This document shows positions 43,937 through 53,074 of a stretch of DNA of 64,000 bases, piece after piece. The notes beneath the pieces were generated by a model. It did no database searches. It was not told the origin of the DNA and saw only the letters and a program-made list of their open reading frames with translations. The number at the start of each line of letters is the position of its first letter. Position 1 is the first letter of the stretch. The stretch comes from Candidatus Eiseniibacteriota bacterium (lineage in GTDB: Bacteria > Eisenbacteria > RBG-16-71-46 > CAZAMP01): assembly GCA_965224245.1 (NCBI GenBank), contig OZ245046.1, positions 1,152,001 through 1,216,000 on the forward strand, read 5' to 3'. A program made the position numbers and the translations under genes.

Positions 43937-46015
43937 TCAATCCATCCGTACGATGGGCAACGTCGACGTCCGGCCGCCGCCGTCGACGCGAATCAGATAG
44001 CGACCGGCCGCCGCCGTTCGTCCGTCGTCGTCGCGCCCGTCCCAGTCGAGCGCATGCTCTCCGGACTCCAGCCTTCCCGCGAACAAGCGGCGTACCCGGC
44101 GGCCCGAGACGTCGAACACGTCGATGGCCAGGTCCGCGGGGTCGAGAAGCGAAAGCGACAGCCGCACGGAGCGAAGGCCCGGATTGGGGGCGGCATGGAG
44201 GACGAGCACCGCCGGCCCGTTCGATCCGGGGCTGATACCCAGCGGCTCGGGATTCGGGCCGCCGGGCGTGGGGGTGGTGAGCGCGGTCCAGCTGGCGACC
44301 CCGTTGGGCACGCGGCCCTCGCTCACGTCGGGCTCTTGTGGTCCATAGTCGTAGTAGTCCTGGACGGTCGTGCTGTCGGCGCCGGTGAGCATGACGACCT
44401 CCGATCCGCTCGACGAGAGGCTGAACCCGAGCGCCGTCTCGAACACCACGAGATACTCGTTCTCGCCGATCGTGGTACCCGCAGGGAAGCGGTACTTCAT
44501 CGGCTCGTCGGCATCGTCGGTGAGTCCCCACGCGCCGATGCCGACGGCGCTGTCTCCGCGGTTGTAGATCTCGATCCAGTCGTCCACGCCACCGATCGCA
44601 CTGGTCGTGAGCAGCTCGTTGAGGCACACCGCCGAGAAGAGCTGCGAGGTGTCGTTCGGCGTCCCCGGGGTCGGCGAGAGCAGATACTCCGGCGCGGTGG
44701 CGTCTCCCTCGGGGAAGTAGCCGAACGAGACGTCTTCTTGCTGTGGACCGAAGGACATCGCGTCCACCACGGTGTTGCCGTACGTCGCGGCGTCGAACAG
44801 GAAGAGTGACTCGCCCCCGGCGGATAGCCGAAACGTCGTGTGGCGCGGGCCATCTGCGGGGTCGCCGTCCGCCCAGAACATCACACGCTCACCGGGCGCG
44901 AGCGGGGTCGATGGAACGGCCCACATCTGCGTCTCGCCTGCGTCGTCGGACAGGTACATCCCGCCGAGGTCGACGCTGACCGCGTCGACGTTGAGGATCT
45001 CGATCCAGTCGTCGTAGTCGCCGGCCTCGTCCGAGGCCGTGGTGGCGTTGTCGGCCACGATCTCGTTGATTCGAACGCGCGGCGGCGTGTAGCCGACGAC
45101 ATAGCCCAGCACCGTTGTGGGCGCCCCCGCCGGGACGTTCGTGCGCCGACCGCCGCCGTCGACCGCGCTGACGAAGTACCGGACCGCGGTCCCCGTCGCG
45201 CGGGGGGCGATGACGGCCGTGTACACCGAATCGCCGGCCACGGCGTCGCCGAGCATGCCGTCGTCGCGCATCGCGGTCGGTGAGTAGCCGCCACCGTCGG
45301 AGACGAAGACGGCCGTGCTCACCACGACGTCGTCGTCCACGATGCGCGCCGCGATCGTCACGACGTCCGAGTCGATCGGCAGCCCGGGAACTCGGGTGAG
45401 GTCGGAGATCACGGGCGGGCGTGCGACGAGCACCGTGTTCGGGGCTCCGGGCGTGCCCGCGGGGTAGCCGTTGAGGCTGACCCCCCAGGAGGAGGCGAGC
45501 CCGTTGTCCGAGGCGGGATCGATCAGCTCCAGCGACGGGCCATCTCCGTCGGCCTCGGGCGGCCAGGGCGGGTCGTCGTCGTATGCGACGTCGTCGACCA
45601 TCGTCGAGCCGTCGTCGAAGAGCCGCACCGCGTCGCCGCCGTTGCCGAGTCCGAAGTCGAGGTTTCCGACCACCGGCACCGCCCCGCCGTACCTGGCGCG
45701 CATGCCGATCGTATCGGCCGAGACCACGAGGAAGCTCCCGGGCGCCAGGGCGACACCGCCAGGGATCGTGAACACGTGGGCGTCGTCGTCGTCCCGGAGC
45801 GACCATCCCGCGAGATCGATCGTGCTGGTTCCCGCGTTGAAGAGCTCCACGTACTCGGTGTCCACGTCGGCGCTGTTGTACATGATCTCGTTGATCACGA
45901 TGTCGCCGGGAGCGGAAGGAGCGGGGGCGTCGCTCCCCGGCGCCGCGGGCGCCGCGATGCGGACTGCGGCGCACAGGGACGCGATCGAGATGAGGGAGAC
46001 GACTCGGCGGTGCAT
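43937..46015 (-). CDS. Secreted protein with three lamin-tail domains, a DDG..GD..AGD (choice-of-anchor X-like) module and FlgD-like CTD
   Basis: IVINEIMYN, VRINEIVADN and VCLNELL repeats with D/E-W/Y-I/V-E..N and TPG.PN; GAGGAG SD; TGgTATGCT at 46059-46067. Confidence 0.85.
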   Translation of the reverse strand: MHRRVVSLISIASLCAAVRIAAPAAPGSDAPAPSAPGDIVINEIMYNSADVDTEYVELFNAGTSTIDLAGWSLRDDDDAHVFTIPGGVALAPGSFLVVSADTIGMRARYGGAVPVVGNLDFGLGNGGDAVRLFDDGSTMVDDVAYDDDPPWPPEADGDGPSLELIDPASDNGLASSWGVSLNGYPAGTPGAPNTVLVARPPVISDLTRVPGLPIDSDVVTIAARIVDDDVVVSTAVFVSDGGGYSPTAMRDDGMLGDAVAGDSVYTAVIAPRATGTAVRYFVSAVDGGGRRTNVPAGAPTTVLGYVVGYTPPRVRINEIVADNATTASDEAGDYDDWIEILNVDAVSVDLGGMYLSDDAGETQMWAVPSTPLAPGERVMFWADGDPADGPRHTTFRLSAGGESLFLFDAATYGNTVVDAMSFGPQQEDVSFGYFPEGDATAPEYLLSPTPGTPNDTSQLFSAVCLNELLTTSAIGGVDDWIEIYNRGDSAVGIGAWGLTDDADEPMKYRFPAGTTIGENEYLVVFETALGFSLSSSGSEVVMLTGADSTTVQDYYDYGPQEPDVSEGRVPNGVASWTALTTPTPGGPNPEPLGISPGSNGPAVLVLHAAPNPGLRSVRLSLSLLDPADLAIDVFDVSGRRVRRLFAGRLESGEHALDWDGRDDDGRTAAAGRYLIRVDGGGRTSTLPIVRMD

Positions 46016-46386
46016 GAGTCTCCTCGGAAGCGTGCGACACGCCAGTGGATCGAGATCAAGCATACCACGACCGTCTGCGTGTCCCGGCGGGCCACGGTGA
46101 CCGCCGGCCGCGCCGGCTGCGCACCGGGTGCGCTGCGGAGCTGCCGCATCGATGGCGTGCCGCCGGGGCGCCTCCCATCTCATCGAGCGGCACGTTTCCG
46201 ACCACCACGTCCACGGACCGGGCATCCGACCGGCACGTCGATGGTGATTGCGCGAGTGCCCGGCGAGCAGGTCGGACCGTGGTGCCGTGAGGAGATCCCT
46301 GCTAGAATCCTGCCATTCGCCACTCGCCCGGTACCGGGGACGACCCGTGCCGTCGTCGACGTCCAGTGGCAGGAACGGGGGCGGGA

Positions 46387-49300
46387 ATGACCGGTCTTCG
46401 GTCCTTGCTGATCGGTGCCACGCTTGTCTTCGCCTGCGCAGCGCACGGCTACGAGCAGCGCTTCAACTGCGGTGGGCCGGCTTACACCGCCGTGTCCGGC
46501 GACCTGTTCGCCGCCGACCAGCCCTACTCGGCCGGCGGCGCCGGCTACGTGTGGAGCGCGTTCGCCGACGACACCTGGGAGCCCATCCGCGGCACCCCGG
46601 ACGACTTTCTCTACGAGACCGTCCGGATGGGCAGCTACCGGTTCGACGTACCGAACGGCTGGTACCTGCTCACGGTTCACGTTTGCGACTTCTGGAGCCA
46701 CGGCCCACGCCAGAACCAGTACGACGTGCTGGCAGATGGTACCCAGGTGATCGCCGATCTCGACATCTATGCCGAGGTCGGCAAGGACCACCCGATGGTG
46801 TTCCGGTTCGCCGTCGAGATCACCGACGGCGCGCTGGACGTCGACACGCACGTCGACCGTCGCCACGCCTACCTCAACGCGCTCGAGGTCGAGTCGATCG
46901 TCCCCGACTCCGATGCTCCCGCGATTCCGGTCGGCCTGGTCGGGTACGACGGCTACAACCGGACCTCGCTTCGCTGGGATCCGAACACCGAGTCCGATCT
47001 GGCGGGCTACCGCGTGTACCGGAAGACCGAGCCCGCGGGGTCGTGGGTGCTCCTGACGGCGACGCCGCGCGTGGCCACGTGGTACCACGACGACACGGCC
47101 GTGGTCGGCACGTCCTACCGCTACCGGATCCGCGCGATCGACGTCTTCGGCAACCAGAGCGCCGACTCGCCGGACACGCCGGCGTCGCCCCGATCGATCG
47201 CCACGTCGACGCGTCCGGTGTACGAGATCTTCATGGATCTCGCCGATCTCGACGTGCTCAACACCGACGAGGCCACGCAGGGCGACGAGTACTTCCCGGC
47301 CACGTTCGTGGCGGGCGGCCAGGTGTTCCAGAACGTCGGCGTCCGGTACCGCGGAAACATCACGCGGACGCTTCCCAAGAAGTCCTGGAAGGTCCGGTTC
47401 AACGACGACGAGCTCTTCACCGCGACGGACCGGCTCAACCTGATCGCCGAGTACCCGGACATGTCGTTCATGCGCGAGTATCTCGCGTACGAGATGCTCC
47501 GCGAGAGCGGTCTCCCGTCGTCCACCAGCCGGATGATCAACCTGATGCTGAACGGCGAGTACATGGGCGTCTTCAACGACGTCCAGCAGGTCGACGAGAT
47601 ATACCTGCTCGAGAACGGCTTCACCGTGGGCGGCGACCTCTACAAGTGCGAGTCCGACTTCTCGGTGCTCCCCGACACGACCGCCTACGAGGCGGCGTAC
47701 GAGAACGAGACGAACCCCGGCGAGGGATACGGCGACCTGATCGACCTGATCCTCCGCGTGAACGAGACCCCGACCGACGTTCTCTGGCAGGCGCTGGCGC
47801 CTGATCTGGACATTCAGAACGCGGTCATGTGGTACAGCATCAACGTGTTCCTGGCGAACATGGACTTCCGATACAAGAACTACTACGTCTACCACGACGA
47901 GTCCGCCGATCGCTGGTCGTTCATCCCGTGGGACGTCGACTTCACCTTCGGCAAGGTCGCCATCTTCGATCAGAGCTACTACTCCGCGTCGTCGCTCTTT
48001 CTCGGAAGCGCCCACAAGTGGGCCTCGCGCATCCAGTCCACGCCGGCGCTGCGACGACTGCACCTCGAGAACATGACCTGGCTCGCGAACGACATACTCA
48101 CACCGGCGGTGTGGGTGCCCCGGATCCAGGCACTGCACGCCGATCTCACCGGGGACGTGACCATCGACTGGAGCAAGTTCGCGGTGACCGACCTCGCGGC
48201 GTTCGAGGCCGGGGAGCTCGGGATCGAGACCTTCCTCACGGATCGGGGACAGTTCGTCAGGGACAGCGCACCCGCGGTGGTCACGGACGACGGCCTGGTG
48301 ATCAACGAGTTCATGGCCCGGAACGCGACCACGGTTTTCGACGAGGCCGGAGAGCCCGAGGACTGGATCGAGATCTACAACGGATCGCCCGGCGCCAAGG
48401 ATCTCACCGGGATGTACCTGACCGACGATCCGGAGAACACCACCAAGTGGCCCATCCCACCGCTGGTGCTGGAGCCGGGGGGCTACGCGCTCTTCTGGGC
48501 CGACGACAGCGTGGCCGCCGGGCCGATGCACACGAACTTCCGGCTCGACGGCGACGGCGAGTTCGTGGGACTGTTCGAGTCGCTGGCGGCCGCGAACGTC
48601 CCACTCGACGTGCAGTACTTCGGCCCACAGCTCGTCGACGTCTCGCGTGGACGGTACGGCGAAGGCGAGCTGTACTGGACCGCGTTCGGCAATCCCTCTC
48701 CCGGGGGCGCGGCGAACGGTCCACCCAACGATCCGCCGGTCATCTCGGGGACGACACACACGCCCGCGTTTCCGGGCGCGATGGATCCCATCGACGTGTC
48801 GGCCTCGATTCAGGACCCGGACGGGATCGTGGAGGCGCTCGTCGTGTTCTCCGACGGTGCCGTGGTCGACTCGCTGGCGATGGCGGACGACGGAGCGAGC
48901 GGCGATGGCGAAGCCGGGGACGGGGTGTTCGGGGCCACGATTCCCGCGCAGCCCGACGGCACGACGCTCGACTACTTCATCCACGCACGGGATGGGGCGG
49001 GTGTGTCGGCCACCGATCCGATCGGCGCACCGGGCGAGACGTACGTCGTCGCCGTGGGCTACGCGCCACCGCCGTTGACCGTGAACGAGTTCATGGCCGA
49101 CAACACGGCCAGCTACGCGGACGAGTCCGGGGACTTCGACGACTGGGTCGAGATCCACAACGGCGGCACGACTCCGGTTCAGCTGGGCGACATGACGCTC
49201 ACCGACGATCTCCTCGTGCCCACGAAGTGGGCGTTTCCGGACACGATCCTGGCCCCCGGCGGTTTTCTCGTCGTCTTCTGCGACAACGAGCCGGGAGAGG

Positions 49301-50595
49301 GGCCGCTCCACGCGACCTTCCGGCTCGGGGCCGACGGCGAGGAGATCGGGCTATTCGAGCGCGTCGCGCTGGGAGGCGGACAGCTCGATGCGATCACGTT
49401 CGGCGCGCAGCGTCCCGACATCTCGTACGGACGCTACCCCGATGGCGGTGCCGCGCTGCAGTTCTTCGGGATTCCCACGCCGGGCGCGCCGAACGAGCCC
49501 GGCAACGCACCCCCGAACATCACCGACGTGGCCATCTCTCCGGATCCACCGGCGGCTGACTCCCCGGTCGTGGTCACGGCGGAGATCGTGGACGATGCGT
49601 CGGTCGCGGAAGCACACCTGCTCTACGACGCGACGGGGGCCGAGGAGTTCGTGCCGGTTCGGATGTGGGACGACGGCCTCCACGGGGATGGCGTCGGTGG
49701 CGATCGGGTGTACGGCGCGTCCATTCCCGGGTATCCCGATGGCACCGTGGTGCGGTTCTACCTGGAGGCCGAGGACGGAGAGGGGCTGGTCACCGCCGAC
49801 CCACCCGCGGGCGCGGAGGCCCCCTACGGATACCAGATCGGATACGTGTCACCGGCGCTCGCCGTCAACGAGATCATGGCCCTCAACACGACCACGATCG
49901 CCGACGAGATGGGGGAGTTCGACGACTGGGTCGAGATCCTGAACGACGGTCCGGACGCGGTCGATCTGGGGGGGCTGTACCTCTCCGACGATCTCGAGGC
50001 GCCGACGGCGTGGGCGTTGCCGGAGACGACGCTGGCCCCGGGCGGGTTCCTGCTCGTGTGGTGCGATGCGACGCCCGAGCAGGGTCCCCTCCACGCGTCC
50101 TTCCGACTGTCCGCCGACGGCGAGGAGATCGGGCTCTTCGAGTCGGAGAGTCAGTTCTTCGCACTGATCGACGGGTTCTCGTTCGCGGCGCAGATGCCGG
50201 ATACCTCCTACGGGCGGTTCCCCGACGGGTCTGGCGCGCTGCGCTACATGCCCATCCCGACTCCGGGCGCTCCGAACGAGCTGATCGGTGCTCCGGAGTC
50301 GCCGGGCATGCCGGGTGCGTTCACGATGCACGCGGCCTCACCCAATCCCTTCCGGAGCCGGGTGGCCCTGTCGTTCGATCTGCCCGAGGAGCGGGCCGAG
50401 GTTCGTCTCATGATCTACGACGTCGCGGGACGCCGGGTTCGCACGCTCGTCTCCGAGCCTCGGCGGCCGGGTCGCCATCTCGTCGTGTGGAACGGTCGCA
50501 CCGAGGACGGGCTCTCGTGCCGGCCCGGCGTGTACTTCGTGCGCCTGACCGCCGGCGCGGACCGTGCCTTGCGAAAGCTCATCAAGCTCGAGTAG
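46387..50595 (+). CDS. Secreted malectin-FN3-CotH kinase protein with three lamin-tail domains, two DDG modules and FlgD-like CTD
   Basis: RFNCGG...LYETVR (malectin); GYRVYR (FN3); GVRYRGN...KKSWKV, MREYLAY, NGEYMGVF, KNYY and IPWDVDFTFG (CotH); PNPF...YDVAGRRV; TGcTAGAAT at 46300-46308. Confidence 0.9.
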   Translation: MTGLRSLLIGATLVFACAAHGYEQRFNCGGPAYTAVSGDLFAADQPYSAGGAGYVWSAFADDTWEPIRGTPDDFLYETVRMGSYRFDVPNGWYLLTVHVCDFWSHGPRQNQYDVLADGTQVIADLDIYAEVGKDHPMVFRFAVEITDGALDVDTHVDRRHAYLNALEVESIVPDSDAPAIPVGLVGYDGYNRTSLRWDPNTESDLAGYRVYRKTEPAGSWVLLTATPRVATWYHDDTAVVGTSYRYRIRAIDVFGNQSADSPDTPASPRSIATSTRPVYEIFMDLADLDVLNTDEATQGDEYFPATFVAGGQVFQNVGVRYRGNITRTLPKKSWKVRFNDDELFTATDRLNLIAEYPDMSFMREYLAYEMLRESGLPSSTSRMINLMLNGEYMGVFNDVQQVDEIYLLENGFTVGGDLYKCESDFSVLPDTTAYEAAYENETNPGEGYGDLIDLILRVNETPTDVLWQALAPDLDIQNAVMWYSINVFLANMDFRYKNYYVYHDESADRWSFIPWDVDFTFGKVAIFDQSYYSASSLFLGSAHKWASRIQSTPALRRLHLENMTWLANDILTPAVWVPRIQALHADLTGDVTIDWSKFAVTDLAAFEAGELGIETFLTDRGQFVRDSAPAVVTDDGLVINEFMARNATTVFDEAGEPEDWIEIYNGSPGAKDLTGMYLTDDPENTTKWPIPPLVLEPGGYALFWADDSVAAGPMHTNFRLDGDGEFVGLFESLAAANVPLDVQYFGPQLVDVSRGRYGEGELYWTAFGNPSPGGAANGPPNDPPVISGTTHTPAFPGAMDPIDVSASIQDPDGIVEALVVFSDGAVVDSLAMADDGASGDGEAGDGVFGATIPAQPDGTTLDYFIHARDGAGVSATDPIGAPGETYVVAVGYAPPPLTVNEFMADNTASYADESGDFDDWVEIHNGGTTPVQLGDMTLTDDLLVPTKWAFPDTILAPGGFLVVFCDNEPGEGPLHATFRLGADGEEIGLFERVALGGGQLDAITFGAQRPDISYGRYPDGGAALQFFGIPTPGAPNEPGNAPPNITDVAISPDPPAADSPVVVTAEIVDDASVAEAHLLYDATGAEEFVPVRMWDDGLHGDGVGGDRVYGASIPGYPDGTVVRFYLEAEDGEGLVTADPPAGAEAPYGYQIGYVSPALAVNEIMALNTTTIADEMGEFDDWVEILNDGPDAVDLGGLYLSDDLEAPTAWALPETTLAPGGFLLVWCDATPEQGPLHASFRLSADGEEIGLFESESQFFALIDGFSFAAQMPDTSYGRFPDGSGALRYMPIPTPGAPNELIGAPESPGMPGAFTMHAASPNPFRSRVALSFDLPEERAEVRLMIYDVAGRRVRTLVSEPRRPGRHLVVWNGRTEDGLSCRPGVYFVRLTAGADRALRKLIKLE

Positions 50596-50688
50596 CGCGC
50601 AGGAGACCCCGTCGGGCGGCGGGATCTCTCCACACCAACCGCGCCCGTCCCCGCGGCTGCCGGACTCGGCACGCAGTCTCGCCCGAGG

Positions 50689-51726
50689 TCACCGGACGAG
50701 CGAGATCCGCCGTGTCACGACGGCACCCGGCCGATCGAGCCGTTCCACGCGAACGAAGTAGCAGCCGGAGGGGGCCCGGTCCCCGGGCGCCCAGGCGAGA
50801 ACGTGCCGGCCCGGCGCCACCGCTCCCGACGCGAGCTCGGCCACCCGGCGTCCGGCGGCATCGAAGACGTCCGCGCGGACCGCGAGAGCCTGCTCGGCAT
50901 CGAGGGCCACCCGAACGTCCGCACGCGCCGGATTGGGGCCGACCGAGAGCACGCGAAGTCCTTTCGGTGCCGCGTCGGCGAAGCCGACACCGACGGTCCC
51001 CCGGAAGTCGTCGTACAGCTCCTGCAGGAGATCGATCGGGTTCTGACTGGACGTCGTGCTGTTGACGTTGAGATCCATCCAGAGGTCGGATACCGCATCC
51101 CCGGGCTTCGCCACGCGGATGAACGCGGAGATCGCCGGCTTCGACGTGCAGCGGGTGTCGGCGCCCGGCACGTTCGCGGCCTGAAGCGCGGCCATCAGCT
51201 TGTCGGCGAGATCGCCCGGCGTCGTCTGGAACGCGGTGGCCATGTCGTCGAGGATCACCTGGCCCAGGAGGATGTTGCCGGCCACGACGAACGTGGGGAA
51301 CAGGTCGTGCCCCTTGTAGTCGTAGCAGTTCTCCCCGGTGAACCCCGCGGTGCGGCCACCATCCACGAGGTCGACGATTCCGTACTGCCGGACGGTCGGA
51401 TCGCCCTGAGCGTCGTTGACCACGAGCGAATCGATGATGTCCTCGGGAGCGAAGCCGGCGTCCATCAGGGCGCGTGCGTAGGCCTGATTGGTACCGTTCC
51501 AGAACGACTGGGTGTGGATCACACCCAGATCCGGGTGCACGTCGCTGAGGATGATCGACCCCGAGATGCAGGATGCCCCGGCGCTGCCGACCTCTCCGGT
51601 CGCGGGATCCACCGCCGCGATCGAGAACGTGGCGTGCGCCGATGGGGCCCATGTCGCCAGAGCCGCGGCGAGGAGAAGCGGCTCGAGGCGTGACGGGCGC
51701 GAGAGCGATGGATGCAGGCGAAACAT
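50689..51726 (-). CDS. DUF1028 (Ntn-hydrolase-like) protein with FlgD-like CTD
   Basis: AHA/TFSIAAVDPATGEVG.AGAS, RQYGIVD, GNIL and LADKLMAAL; CTD GPNP...FDAAGRRV. Confidence 0.85.
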   Translation of the reverse strand: MFRLHPSLSRPSRLEPLLLAAALATWAPSAHATFSIAAVDPATGEVGSAGASCISGSIILSDVHPDLGVIHTQSFWNGTNQAYARALMDAGFAPEDIIDSLVVNDAQGDPTVRQYGIVDLVDGGRTAGFTGENCYDYKGHDLFPTFVVAGNILLGQVILDDMATAFQTTPGDLADKLMAALQAANVPGADTRCTSKPAISAFIRVAKPGDAVSDLWMDLNVNSTTSSQNPIDLLQELYDDFRGTVGVGFADAAPKGLRVLSVGPNPARADVRVALDAEQALAVRADVFDAAGRRVAELASGAVAPGRHVLAWAPGDRAPSGCYFVRVERLDRPGAVVTRRISLVR

Positions 51727-52045
51727 GGCGGACTCCAGTCGGCCCCGGCGGGCCGTGCTCGAAACGGCGAGGGCGCGAGGCTCGACTATACCGCATTCCT
51801 CCGGCCTCCGATCACCAGAAGGCGGCGGAGACACCGGGCGAGCCCGCGTGCATGGATCTCCACCGGACGCCCCGGACGAGACCACGAGCGGACGGACCTG
51901 GGAGTGGCAACACGCCGGCTCCCTCGCGAGCCGCATCCGCGGGACCGCCGCCGCCCACCGCGTTCCCGAGAAGCCCCGGTGACTGATACACTCGTGGGCC
52001 TGGATGGGTGGTTCTAACGTCCTTGCGTCACACGAGGAGGGAATC

Positions 52046-52894
52046 GTGTTTGCATCCGCAGCTCGCGCAGCGGTGGTGACCGCGATGGGAATTGCGGTGG
52101 CCGGCCCCGGGGTCGCCATGCCCACGTCGATCACCGACACGACGGCGGGTACCGCCACAAACGACGGCACGATCGGCGGCGGTGAGTACGTGGGCTCGTC
52201 GCTGGGCATCAACTCCGGCTTCGGGAACGTGATCGGAGATCTCTCCGAGCTGTTCATCGATTCCGACACCGGCGGTGCGGTCAACCTCGGCCTGCGCACC
52301 GGTGGCGGCGGTCTGTTCGACGCCGTCGTCATCTATCTCGACGTCACACCCGGCGGGTTCGGCGACACGACCCCGTTCGACGACATTGCCGACGGCCTGC
52401 GCCGCGCAATCTCCGCGACAGACGGTACGAACCGCTCGGACATCACGTTCGCGCCGGGTTTCGAGGCCGACTACGCGATCGGAATCGAGCAGAACTTCGC
52501 GGGTGTCTGGAGCCTCGTCGGGGGAGGGAGCCACACGTTCCTGACCTCGGCCAACCTGACCCCGACCGGGAACCCGAGCGCCGGCGAGTTCGAGATCGAC
52601 TTCGACCTGTCGACCATCGGCCTGTCACCCGGCGACTCGTTCGACTACGTCGTGACGTACTTGAACTCCGGCAACGCGTTCCGGTCCGACGAGTTCCACG
52701 GCGTGGCCTCGTCGACGGTCCCGCCGGGTAACCCGGGCCAGAACCCGACGACGCTGGCGTCGGGCGACTTCAACACGTTCACGTCCGTCGCACCGTCGGA
52801 CGGTGTCCGCGCACCGGCAATGGCGCCGGTGACCGTGCTCCTGGTCACGGGGGCGATGGGGCTGGCCGCGCGCCGGCGCCTCCGCCGCCGCTAG
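52046..52894 (+). CDS. Secreted protein with a PEP-CTERM/IPTL-CTERM-like sorting tail
   Basis: GAGGAGG SD; signal peptide; C-terminus APAMAPVTVLLVTGAMGLAARRRLRRR (Pro motif, TM, Arg cluster). Confidence 0.7.
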   Translation: MFASAARAAVVTAMGIAVAGPGVAMPTSITDTTAGTATNDGTIGGGEYVGSSLGINSGFGNVIGDLSELFIDSDTGGAVNLGLRTGGGGLFDAVVIYLDVTPGGFGDTTPFDDIADGLRRAISATDGTNRSDITFAPGFEADYAIGIEQNFAGVWSLVGGGSHTFLTSANLTPTGNPSAGEFEIDFDLSTIGLSPGDSFDYVVTYLNSGNAFRSDEFHGVASSTVPPGNPGQNPTTLASGDFNTFTSVAPSDGVRAPAMAPVTVLLVTGAMGLAARRRLRRR

Positions 52895-53074
52895 GCGAAC
52901 GTCCCGATATCACACGAACGGGGCCGGCGTCACCCTCGGTGGCGCCGGCCCTTCGTCTTGCACGGTCCTCGGTGTTTCGTGGACACGACGTCGTCCGGAC
53001 GCGGGCCTCCGGCGGGTCTGACGGGGGACCGGTGGTGGAGCGCATCGCCAACCGGTCGAGCCGACCCGGATCGG

